NCBI GenBank assembly: GCA_963710755.1
Contig: CAVQBK010000003.1
Span: 448,001-512,000, forward strand
DNA length: 64,000 nt
Reading direction: 5' to 3'
Origin: an uncultured bacterium
GTDB taxonomy: Bacteria; Oederibacteriota; JAAXVQ01; JAUVAV01
Positions 56,022 to 64,000 of the stretch are shown piece by piece (position 1 is the stretch's first letter; the number at the start of each line of letters is the position of its first letter). The notes under the pieces were generated by a model. It was not told where the DNA came from and made no database searches. It was given only the letters and a program-made list of their open reading frames with translations. The translations under genes and the position numbers were made by a program.

Positions 56022-56037
56022 AGCTTAAGGAGGTCAC

Positions 56038-56349
56038 ATGATATCCATTGAAGGCATTCCCGGTATTAAACCCATCGTCATGGATAACCTGCTGGCTCCG
56101 GAACGCACGACCGCCAAGCCGGCCGAGGGCAGTTCGTTTCAAAATCTGCTGATGGAAGGCATTAAAACCCTCAACACCCAGGATCAGGAGAGTGCAGCCG
56201 TGACCCAGGCTTTTTTAAAAGGCGAAGGCCCGTCGGTACATACGGTGATGCTGGCCACGGAGCAAGCCAAACTGAGTATGGAATTTGCCGTGCAGATTCG
56301 CAACAAGGTCATGGAAGCCTATCAAGAAGTAATGCGCATGCAGGTCTAA
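56038..56349 (+). CDS. fliE: FliE
   Basis: 'VQIRNKVMEAYQEVMRMQV'. Confidence 0.96.
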   Translation: MISIEGIPGIKPIVMDNLLAPERTTAKPAEGSSFQNLLMEGIKTLNTQDQESAAVTQAFLKGEGPSVHTVMLATEQAKLSMEFAVQIRNKVMEAYQEVMRMQV

Positions 56350-56392
56350 GCCCGCGGCAGCAAGGGTCACAACATTTTCCGGATGGTGATGC

Positions 56393-57904
56393 ATGAACCG
56401 TTTTGAACAACTGTTGAAAAAAATCACAGCTTGGTGGAGCCAAACCACCTTAAACCAAAAAATCCTGATCGTGCTTTCCGGTCTGGTGGGCCTGGGCATG
56501 ACCGCAGGCTTGATTTACTGGTCTACCCGGCCTGACTTCACCGTGCTCTACAGTAAGCTGAGCCCCCAGGATGCCAATGCCATCGTGGAAATCCTTAAGG
56601 ACAACCACACCCCCTATCGCTTGGGCGCAGGCGGGGGCACTGTCGAAGTGCCGAGCAAAGCTATTTATGACACCCGCTTGGAATTGGCCGGCAAAGGCCT
56701 GCCCAAAGGCGAAGGGGTGGGTTATGAAATTTTTGACAAAATGGCTTTTGGCGTGACCGATGAAGTTCAGCAAATTAACTTTTTGCGGGCTCTGCAAAAT
56801 GAACTGGAACGCACCATTGACTCCATTGATGCCATTGAAAAATCCCGGGTACATTTGGTGATCCCCAAGGAAGAAGGCTGGTTTCAGGAAAAATTCAAGC
56901 CTACGGCATCGGTGATGGTCCGCCTGGCCTCGGGCGGCACCCTGCTGCCCCGGCAGATCAGCAGTATTCGGCACCTCCTGGCCAGTGCGGTCAGCGGCCT
57001 GTCCCCGGAAAATGTAACCATTGTGGATACCTCGGGCAATGTACTCAGCGCAGCCGGTGATGATGATGACAACAGCGTGAGCGACCGCCAGATCGAGTAT
57101 AAGCAAAAGGTGGAAAAAACCCTGAAAGAAAAAGCGGAGAGCCTGCTGTTCAAGATTGTAGGCCCCAATAAAGCCGCAGTACAGGTGTATGCAGAAATGG
57201 ACTTTGACCAGACCCAACGGGAACAGGAATATTTTACGCCCGTGGTGGGCAAGAGCGGCCTAGTGCGCAGTGAAAAGCGCAACTCCGTGACCCCTGTCAA
57301 AAGCAATAACCAGAGCGGCGGCATGGCCGGCACAGCCAGCAATCTGCAGGGTTATCCACCGGCCGGTGTGGTGACCCGCCAGGCCAGCAGCAAGAGCGAA
57401 CAACAGGTGAGCTATGAAATGAACCGCACCGTGGAGCGCACCACCACCGCCGGCGGGCAGGTTAAAAAACTGTCGGTCGGCATTTTTATCGACGGCAACA
57501 TGAAAGAGGAGCAATTGAGCGCCATTCGCGGGGTGGTGGAAAAAGCCCTGGGTATTGACCCGCAGCGGGGCGATCAGATCGAAGTCAAGGCCTTGCCCTT
57601 CACCAGTCAGAATACGGAAGAAGAGAAGCAACTGCTGGAAAAATCCCAGCGCCAGAAATTCATCATGACCATCATCACCAAGTGGGTACCCCGGGCCTTG
57701 CTGGTGCTGGTAGGCATCGGTTTTCTGATTATGAGCATGGGTAATATGAAGAAAATGGCGGCAGCTGCAGCCCAGTCTTCCAGCGACGAGGAAGACGACG
57801 GCCCTGACTATGGGGGCCGGAGGTTTGATCCGGATAAATTCATAGGGGCGATCAAGAACAATCCCGATGAAACGGCCAAGGTACTGAAGAACTGGCTTTC
57901 TTAA
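56393..57904 (+). CDS. fliF: MS-ring protein FliF
   Basis: 'GYEIFD', 'RALQNELERTI', 'RVHLVIP', 'RGDQIEV..LPF', 'KVLKNWL'. Confidence 0.96.
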   Translation: MNRFEQLLKKITAWWSQTTLNQKILIVLSGLVGLGMTAGLIYWSTRPDFTVLYSKLSPQDANAIVEILKDNHTPYRLGAGGGTVEVPSKAIYDTRLELAGKGLPKGEGVGYEIFDKMAFGVTDEVQQINFLRALQNELERTIDSIDAIEKSRVHLVIPKEEGWFQEKFKPTASVMVRLASGGTLLPRQISSIRHLLASAVSGLSPENVTIVDTSGNVLSAAGDDDDNSVSDRQIEYKQKVEKTLKEKAESLLFKIVGPNKAAVQVYAEMDFDQTQREQEYFTPVVGKSGLVRSEKRNSVTPVKSNNQSGGMAGTASNLQGYPPAGVVTRQASSKSEQQVSYEMNRTVERTTTAGGQVKKLSVGIFIDGNMKEEQLSAIRGVVEKALGIDPQRGDQIEVKALPFTSQNTEEEKQLLEKSQRQKFIMTIITKWVPRALLVLVGIGFLIMSMGNMKKMAAAAAQSSSDEEDDGPDYGGRRFDPDKFIGAIKNNPDETAKVLKNWLS

Positions 57905-57975
57905 TCAGTACTCCTCCCATTGAACCGCATTCAAAGACGGCGGGACGAGGGTAGTAGTCAAGTGAGGTTCAGGGT

Positions 57976-59001
57976 ATGGCGTTAAAGGACGATCAAAAAA
58001 AAGAACGCCTCCACAAGGTGGCGGTACTGCTCACGCTTATTGGCAAAGAGGCTGCCCAGGAGATTATCAAACAGTTTCCGCCCGATGAGATTGAACGTAT
58101 CAGCCGTGAAATGATGAAATGTGAATCTGTGGACAGCCAGGAAGGGGAGCAAGTGCTGCGGGAGTTTTTTACGGCCATTGGCAGCAGCCATAGTCTGGCC
58201 AAGGGTGGGGCTCATTACGTCGAGGACGTGCTGGCACCGGCCCTGGATCCGGAGCGGGCCCAACGTCTGCTACGTAAACTGCGCAATCCCAACCAGGTCA
58301 TGCCCTTTGATGATTTTCGGGATGTGGCCCCCAGTATTATCATCGATGTGCTCAAAGAGGAACATCCCCAGACCATGGCCCTGGTGATTTCCAATTTACC
58401 CAGTGATGTCTCGGCGCAGATCATCCACCAACTGCCGGAAAAATTGCAGCAGGAGGTGGCCAGGCGCATTGCCACCCTCGATCAAAGCGCACCCGATATG
58501 ACCACCATCCACGACATTGAGGATCGCCTGCGGGAAAAGATCAAGCAGGAAGAAGCCAAACCACAATTACTCAAAATTGGAGGTGTGCAAACAGCGGCAG
58601 ATATTCTCAATCAACTGGACAAACAGGCAGCGGGCAGCATTTTGGAAACGATTGAAGGTGCTAATGAAGAGTTGGCCAATGCCATCAAAATGCGCATGGT
58701 GCGTATGGAGGATATGATCAAACTCAACGATATGGAAGTTCAGCGCGTGCTCAAGGAAGTGGAGACCCAGGATCTGGCCGTGGCTTGCAACCGCCTCGAT
58801 GCCGGGGTTCAGGACATGATCTTCCGTAACATGTCCTCCCGGGGCGCGGAAATGCTCAAGGATGACATTGAGGTTATGGAAAATGTCAAACCTGAAGCCA
58901 TTCGCGAGGCACGGCGTAAGATTGCCGAGATTATGCGCCGTCTCGATGATGAAGGCAGCATCATGCTCAACAAGCAAAACCTGGAGGAAGACATTGTCTA
59001 A
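57976..59001 (+). CDS. fliG: Motor switch protein FliG
   Basis: 'KVAVLL', 'EHPQTMAL', 'GGVQTAADILN', 'NMSSRGAEML.DD'. Confidence 0.95.
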   Translation: MALKDDQKKERLHKVAVLLTLIGKEAAQEIIKQFPPDEIERISREMMKCESVDSQEGEQVLREFFTAIGSSHSLAKGGAHYVEDVLAPALDPERAQRLLRKLRNPNQVMPFDDFRDVAPSIIIDVLKEEHPQTMALVISNLPSDVSAQIIHQLPEKLQQEVARRIATLDQSAPDMTTIHDIEDRLREKIKQEEAKPQLLKIGGVQTAADILNQLDKQAAGSILETIEGANEELANAIKMRMVRMEDMIKLNDMEVQRVLKEVETQDLAVACNRLDAGVQDMIFRNMSSRGAEMLKDDIEVMENVKPEAIREARRKIAEIMRRLDDEGSIMLNKQNLEEDIV

Positions 59002-60970
59002 GGTGATCAAATCTCCCCACTTGAGCGAACAGGCATTTGCCATCCCTGTGCACGGCGCAACGGCCGCTGACACCCACCCGGATGGTACGGCGGACAACAA
59101 GTCCAGCGAGCCTGATCAGGTTGCCACTGCCGAGGATGGGGTTGGCCGCGAAACGGACATGGAAACAATTAAAGTTTCGGCCTTTAATCATGGCTTTGAG
59201 GAAGGCCGACGATCGGCCGAGCAACGGCTGGCACGGGAGAAAGCAGAGCAGGAGCAATTGTTGACGAAAATCGGTCAGGAAGTGGAAAGCTTCTACACCA
59301 AGATGGAAAAGCGTATGCTTGACGTCATTCTGGCCATAGTGAAAAAAATCATCGGCCAGAGTGATCACCTTAATCCCGACCTGATCAAGGAAAGTCTTAA
59401 AAAAGTCTTGGGTAAGCAGGACGATCTGGGGGGGGTGCTGACCCTGAGGCTCAATCCCCGTGATTACAAAAAAATTGCACCTGACCGCCAGGTGATGCCC
59501 ACCAATCTCCGTTTACTTCCCGATCAATCCATCCAGCCTGGAGGTACGCTGTTGGAGACCCCTTATGGGTTTATTGACAGCCGCTTGGAATCGCAGCTGG
59601 AAGAATTGGAACGGATGCTGCGTGATCAATTTGCCGACGGCCGCGTGCCGCTCCAGGCCAAGGCCATGGTGGAAGAAGCCCAGGAGATACGTTCCGAGGG
59701 CCGGGTGCTCAACATTGTGGGCACCGTGCTTGAATCGCGCGGACCCAACGTGACCATTGGCGAGCAGTGTGACATTATCGGGGCCAACCGGCAGCAGCGG
59801 GTCAGGGCTGAGGTTATTGGGTTTAAAGACAACCGGGTGCTCATGATGCCCTTGGGCGAGAAGCACGGCATTGGTCCGGGCAGCCGGATTATTGCCCATG
59901 GCCAGCCCTTCACCATTCACGCCAGCGAGCAATTGCTGGGCCGCATTCTCGACGGCCTGGGCCAGCCTATTGACGACCAAGGACCCATCTTCGGCGGTGA
60001 AGCCGTAAGCATTCACAATACGCCCAATAATCCTATGCAGCGCCGGCCCATCGAGAAACCGCTCTACACGGGCGTGAAAGCCATTGACGGTCTGCTCACT
60101 TGCGGCAAAGGCGGACGCATGGGGATTTTCGCAGGCAGCGGTGTAGGTAAGAGCACGCTGCTGGGCATGATGGCCCGCAACACCTCGGCGGACATCAATG
60201 TGATTGCCCTGATCGGAGAACGAGGCCGGGAAGTACGCGAATTTATTGAAAATGATCTTGGCCAGGAAGGTCTGCAACGTTCGGTGGTCATTGCCGTGAC
60301 TTCCGACGAATCGCCCATTCTGCGCATTCATGGCGCCAAACTGGCGGCCAGTGTGGCCGAGTATTTTGCGCGCCAGGGCAAGGATGTGCTCTTCATGATG
60401 GATTCGGTAACGCGCTTTGCCATGGCTCAGCGTGAGATCGGCCTGGCTGTGGGCGAGCCGCCCACCACCAAAGGGTACACGCCCTCCACCTTTGCCGAGT
60501 TGCCCAAGCTGCTGGAACGTTCCGGAAACTTCAGCCAACAGGGCAGCATCACCGGCTTTTATACGGTACTGGTGGAAGGAGACGATATGGATGAACCGGT
60601 CTCGGACCATGTGCGCAGCATCCTCGACGGGCACATTGTGCTTTCGCGCAGCCTGTTCAGCCAAAATCACTTTCCTGCCATCGATGTTCTGCCCAGCATC
60701 AGCCGTTTGGCCAAGCAGGTTTGCTCACCTGAACAAGGCCGGTGGGGCGGGATGATCCGCGATCATTTGGCGGCTTTTGCGGAAGCGCAGGATCTCATTA
60801 ACATCGGCGCTTATGTGCAGGGCAGCAACCCTAAAATTGACAAGGCCATGGCGGTGATCGACGACATCCGTGCTTTTCTGAAGCAACGCGTCAATGAGAA
60901 GATTGCCGTGGACCAGGTCTGGCCGCTGCTGGAGCGTATCATCAAAAAGATTGAAGGACAGGGCGTATGA
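58994..60970 (+). CDS. fliI: In-frame FliH-FliI fusion (export ATPase with N-terminal FliH)
   Basis: TTG start after GGAGGA ('MSKVIKS'); FliH 'GFEEG..LRLNPRD..DQSIQPGG.LLET.YGFIDSRLESQL', then with no stop FliI 'EGRV..AEVIGF..GSGVGKS..DSVTRFA..GEPP'. Confidence 0.9.
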   Translation: MSKVIKSPHLSEQAFAIPVHGATAADTHPDGTADNKSSEPDQVATAEDGVGRETDMETIKVSAFNHGFEEGRRSAEQRLAREKAEQEQLLTKIGQEVESFYTKMEKRMLDVILAIVKKIIGQSDHLNPDLIKESLKKVLGKQDDLGGVLTLRLNPRDYKKIAPDRQVMPTNLRLLPDQSIQPGGTLLETPYGFIDSRLESQLEELERMLRDQFADGRVPLQAKAMVEEAQEIRSEGRVLNIVGTVLESRGPNVTIGEQCDIIGANRQQRVRAEVIGFKDNRVLMMPLGEKHGIGPGSRIIAHGQPFTIHASEQLLGRILDGLGQPIDDQGPIFGGEAVSIHNTPNNPMQRRPIEKPLYTGVKAIDGLLTCGKGGRMGIFAGSGVGKSTLLGMMARNTSADINVIALIGERGREVREFIENDLGQEGLQRSVVIAVTSDESPILRIHGAKLAASVAEYFARQGKDVLFMMDSVTRFAMAQREIGLAVGEPPTTKGYTPSTFAELPKLLERSGNFSQQGSITGFYTVLVEGDDMDEPVSDHVRSILDGHIVLSRSLFSQNHFPAIDVLPSISRLAKQVCSPEQGRWGGMIRDHLAAFAEAQDLINIGAYVQGSNPKIDKAMAVIDDIRAFLKQRVNEKIAVDQVWPLLERIIKKIEGQGV

Positions 60971-61422
60971 AAAAATTTAAATTTAACCTGGCCGCGCTGC
61001 TGAAAATCAGAAAGCGCCATGAAGAACGCATCATTCAGGAGTTCAGCGATCAGCAACGCCGGGTGCTGGAACAAGAAGCCCTCCAGCAACAACTGGTGGT
61101 GGCACGCAGCAAGAAACATCAGGAATATAAGCTGCTTAAAACCGGGGCCATGGACATGGCCAAGGACAAGGCCTATGACCAGTACTTGATCCGTTTGCAA
61201 CAGGACATTCAGAAAACCGAAACCCATTTGGGCCTGCTCCGGCAGGAATTGGAAGCCTTGCGCCAGCGCCTGGTCCGAGCCCGCAAAGAGGTGGCGGTGC
61301 TGGAAAAAATAAAAGAGCATCGCTGGGAAGAACACCGGCAAGCCTTGAGTAAGGAAGAGCAGCGTCTGCTGGACGAGGTGGCCATTAACCACGCCCAGGA
61401 TCAGCAGTTCTGGAATGATTAA
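60967..61422 (+). CDS. fliJ: Export protein FliJ
   Basis: 'MKKFKFNL..LLKIR', 'LEKIKE', 'EQRLLDE'. Confidence 0.9.
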   Translation: MKKFKFNLAALLKIRKRHEERIIQEFSDQQRRVLEQEALQQQLVVARSKKHQEYKLLKTGAMDMAKDKAYDQYLIRLQQDIQKTETHLGLLRQELEALRQRLVRARKEVAVLEKIKEHRWEEHRQALSKEEQRLLDEVAINHAQDQQFWND

Positions 61423-61532
61423 CATATGTCTTAAAGGCTGCAATGAGGGTGGTAAAAAACTAACGCCTTCAAACAGGCATTAACATTCATGTCATAACCC
61501 GGAGGATGCACAGCACCTCCCAGGAGGATCTT

Positions 61533-62849
61533 ATGGGTGAATCCATGCAAGTGCAAGCAGCAGTGGTAGAAGCCGCCGTCAATACGGCTCAGGGCGCCGC
61601 CGTCAAAGACAACACCAACCTGGAGCAGCCGGACTTGGGGTTGGTAAAGGAATTTTTAGCCTTTTTAAACCACGATCTGGCCAGTGAGAATGCTGCCCCC
61701 TTGGGAGATCAGGAGAGCGAAACCGAGGTCGAGACCGAGACCGACCAGCCATCAGAAGGCACAGAGCAGGCCTTGCTCCAATTGCTTCAGAACCATCCGG
61801 CTATGGCCGCGGCCGTGCTTATGCCTATGATAGCTCCGCCGCCACAGGCCGAGGTACCAGGTGATAATCCTGTGCAGGGCACAAAAATGAATCTGGCGGA
61901 TTTGGCAGCCGCGATGGAAGCTCTTCAGGACCAGCCTCAGGGTCAGGCTGCGGTCATGGAGGTGTCTCCTGTGGCTGTGCAGAGTGAAAATCCACAGGTT
62001 TTGAAACGCGATCAAACCGGGGTCCACGGTATGCTCAATGATTTTCCCCAGGGATGGGAAAGCCTGCTGGACGATAACGCCGTAGCGGAAACATCGGGCC
62101 CATTGCCTGAACCAGGGGCTCTTGAGCAGGTCAAAGCGGGTGCCATGACCATGACGGTTATGCCCAGCGGAGCTGAAGCCGAAAGCCCGGGGTCCGGCCT
62201 GACTTTGGAAAATTTGGACAGCGAGCAAGAAACCTTCACCTTTTTAGCGGGCAAGGAGGGAGGGGGCACCAAGCATGCGGCCGTTGAGAAAACGTCCATG
62301 GAGCCCACTTTTACGGAAAACGCGATGTTCAGCATGCCCGGCCGGAGTCTGGGACTGGATGCGACTCTGTCACCGTCCGGTGCGGGCACATTGCAGCTGC
62401 TCAAAGCCATGAACGAGGTACAGCAGCAGAGTGTGATCAAGTCCTTTAGCCAGGAAGTAGTCAAGGGTGCCAAAGGCAAGGAAGAAAAACTTCATATTGA
62501 ACTAAATCCACCTGAATTGGGACGGGTGCAGGTGACCGTCCATCGCAGCGGTGATCAGATTCATGCCAAGGTATTCATGGCGGATAAACATCTGGGCGAG
62601 TTTTTTCAGGACAATTTGGACCAGATTAAAAAAAACCTGGAGTCCGCAGGCGTGAAGGTGGGGACGTTTTCCCTGGAAGTGGGGCAGCAACAACAGCAGG
62701 CCGGCCAGGGACCGGTCAACAAGCAGGATCAGGAGGAACAGGGGTGGTCCGCTCAGCCTAAAGGGCTGAGTGTGTCTGAGACCACGCCGACAGGCAGCGG
62801 CGACCGGGCCGGACGCTGGAAAACCTCAAAAGTGGATATGTTGATATAA
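61533..62849 (+). CDS. fliK: Hook-length control protein FliK
   Basis: Low-complexity N-terminus; 'IELNPPELGRVQV'; alternative start at 61506. Confidence 0.9.
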   Translation: MGESMQVQAAVVEAAVNTAQGAAVKDNTNLEQPDLGLVKEFLAFLNHDLASENAAPLGDQESETEVETETDQPSEGTEQALLQLLQNHPAMAAAVLMPMIAPPPQAEVPGDNPVQGTKMNLADLAAAMEALQDQPQGQAAVMEVSPVAVQSENPQVLKRDQTGVHGMLNDFPQGWESLLDDNAVAETSGPLPEPGALEQVKAGAMTMTVMPSGAEAESPGSGLTLENLDSEQETFTFLAGKEGGGTKHAAVEKTSMEPTFTENAMFSMPGRSLGLDATLSPSGAGTLQLLKAMNEVQQQSVIKSFSQEVVKGAKGKEEKLHIELNPPELGRVQVTVHRSGDQIHAKVFMADKHLGEFFQDNLDQIKKNLESAGVKVGTFSLEVGQQQQQAGQGPVNKQDQEEQGWSAQPKGLSVSETTPTGSGDRAGRWKTSKVDMLI

Positions 62850-62930
62850 CTCTGGCAGGGCGTGCCCCTCTGGGGTTGAGTGGAGCCGGGCCACCATGTC
62901 CGGGTTTAACACAGACAGGAGGAAGAACAT

Positions 62931-63299
62931 ATGAATGTGGATTCAGTAGGATCAATGGGTAAAACCGATTTTTTAAACTTGTTGGCCACGCAGTTAAAGT
63001 ATCAAGATCCCATGAACCCCGTGGACAATACGGAGTTCATCTCCCAACTGGCGCAGTTCACGGCTCTGGAGACTTCGGAGAACACGAGAGATGAAATTGC
63101 CGGACTGGCCAGGTTGGAATCAAACAGTTTTGGCACTGTGCTGCTGGGCCGGTCTGTGAGCGGCATTGACACCCGGGACAGCAACTGCTATCTGCCCTTT
63201 TCAGGAGCTGTGACGGCGGTGGATGTTTCCGGTAATCAGGTAAAAGTGACCGTCAATCACCAAGAGTATCTGCTTAGCGATGTTCAGGCTATTGAATAA
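62931..63299 (+). CDS. flgD: Hook cap FlgD (short form)
   Basis: 'MGKTDFLNLLATQLKYQDPMNPVDNTEFISQLAQFT.LE'. Confidence 0.95.
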   Translation: MNVDSVGSMGKTDFLNLLATQLKYQDPMNPVDNTEFISQLAQFTALETSENTRDEIAGLARLESNSFGTVLLGRSVSGIDTRDSNCYLPFSGAVTAVDVSGNQVKVTVNHQEYLLSDVQAIE

Positions 63300-63345
63300 A
63301 CGGACTTAAATGATCCGCAAGCACAGCTAAAAGAGGAGGACTATT

Positions 63346-64000
63346 ATGTTACGTTCATTATTTACGGGAATTTCAGGGCTGACCAATCATCAAACCAGGA
63401 TGGATGTGATCGGTAACAACATTGCCAATGTCAACACCACAGGCTTCAAAGCCGGTCGGGTTAATTTCCAGGACATGATGTCTCAGACCTTGCAGGGCGC
63501 CAGCCCGGGCACCGGCGGCCGGGGCGGCACCAACCCCAAAGAAATCGGGTTGGGCGTCTCCATGGCCACCATTACCAATATCCACAGCCAGGGCGCGCTG
63601 CAGTCCACGGGGGTCATGACCGATCTGGGCATCCAAGGCGACGGGTTTTTTATTCTCAGTGACGGCAACCGTAACCGCTATACCCGTGACGGCAGTTTCG
63701 GACTCGATGAAGACGGTAATTTAGTGGAGCCGTCCAACGGCTTGCTGGTGCAAGGGTGGAGCGCCACCGCCGGGGTGATCGATACCACCCAGCCGGTGGG
63801 TAACATTAACATTCCCATTGCCGCGGAGATGGCGGCCCAGGCCACCAGCCAGGCTGAGATTATCGGCAACCTTGATTCCACCCAAGCCGCAGGCTACACT
63901 TACAACAACACCTTTCTGGTCTACGATTCCCTGGGTGATAACCACAATGTCACCGTAACCTACACCAAGACGGGCGTCAATACCTGGAGCTGGCAAGCCT
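63346..64000 (+). CDS. flgE: Hook protein FlgE (runs off the window)
   Basis: Manual translation 'MLRSLFTGISGLTNHQTRMDVIGNNIANVNTTGFK..GGTNPKEIGLG'; GAGGAGG RBS. Confidence 0.95.
   Translation, partial: MLRSLFTGISGLTNHQTRMDVIGNNIANVNTTGFKAGRVNFQDMMSQTLQGASPGTGGRGGTNPKEIGLGVSMATITNIHSQGALQSTGVMTDLGIQGDGFFILSDGNRNRYTRDGSFGLDEDGNLVEPSNGLLVQGWSATAGVIDTTQPVGNINIPIAAEMAAQATSQAEIIGNLDSTQAAGYTYNNTFLVYDSLGDNHNVTVTYTKTGVNTWSWQA

Noticed and set aside
59513-60670. 385-aa minus-strand ORF
   Set aside because: Antisense shadow of the fliI region.

Overview
Moderately GC-rich genomic window from a motile diderm bacterium. The Thr-rich/FlgD-Ig and PorV-like genes suggest an uncultured lineage such as FCPU426, which is inference only. 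The window has three parts. (i) 1-14 kb: housekeeping and stress genes (DUF3467, HEAT repeat, ferredoxin, htpG, U32, dinB). They surround a 7-kb ECF-sigma locus in which a zinc-binding anti-sigma and two Thr-rich secreted proteins end in the same FlgD-Ig/T9SS-CTD-like domain, and each Thr-rich gene is followed by a PorV-like beta-barrel gene. (ii) 14-45 kb: flgFGAH-orf-flgIJMNKL-fliW-csrA-fliC1, then a ~19.5-kb island, then a near-identical fliC2 and a flagellin-C-terminus-only mini-ORF. The island holds a decayed vapBC, a fibre-like protein, an AT-rich membrane glycosyltransferase, usp-usp-P-type ATPase and a methyltransferase/glycosyltransferase operon behind a sigma28-like promoter. (iii) 45-64 kb: baeRF, a HEAT protein, a tandemly duplicated gene behind a sigma28-like promoter, fliD-fliS, HDOD plus histidine kinase, and an operon behind a sigma54 promoter (orf-flgBC-fliEFG-[fliH-fliI in-frame fusion]-fliJK-flgDE). 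The best candidates for novelty are the ECF/anti-sigma-CTD/PorV module, the FliH-FliI fusion and the flagellin-C mini-protein. No rRNA, tRNA, CRISPR array or transposase was recognised. All family assignments come from motif recognition by eye, not database searches.
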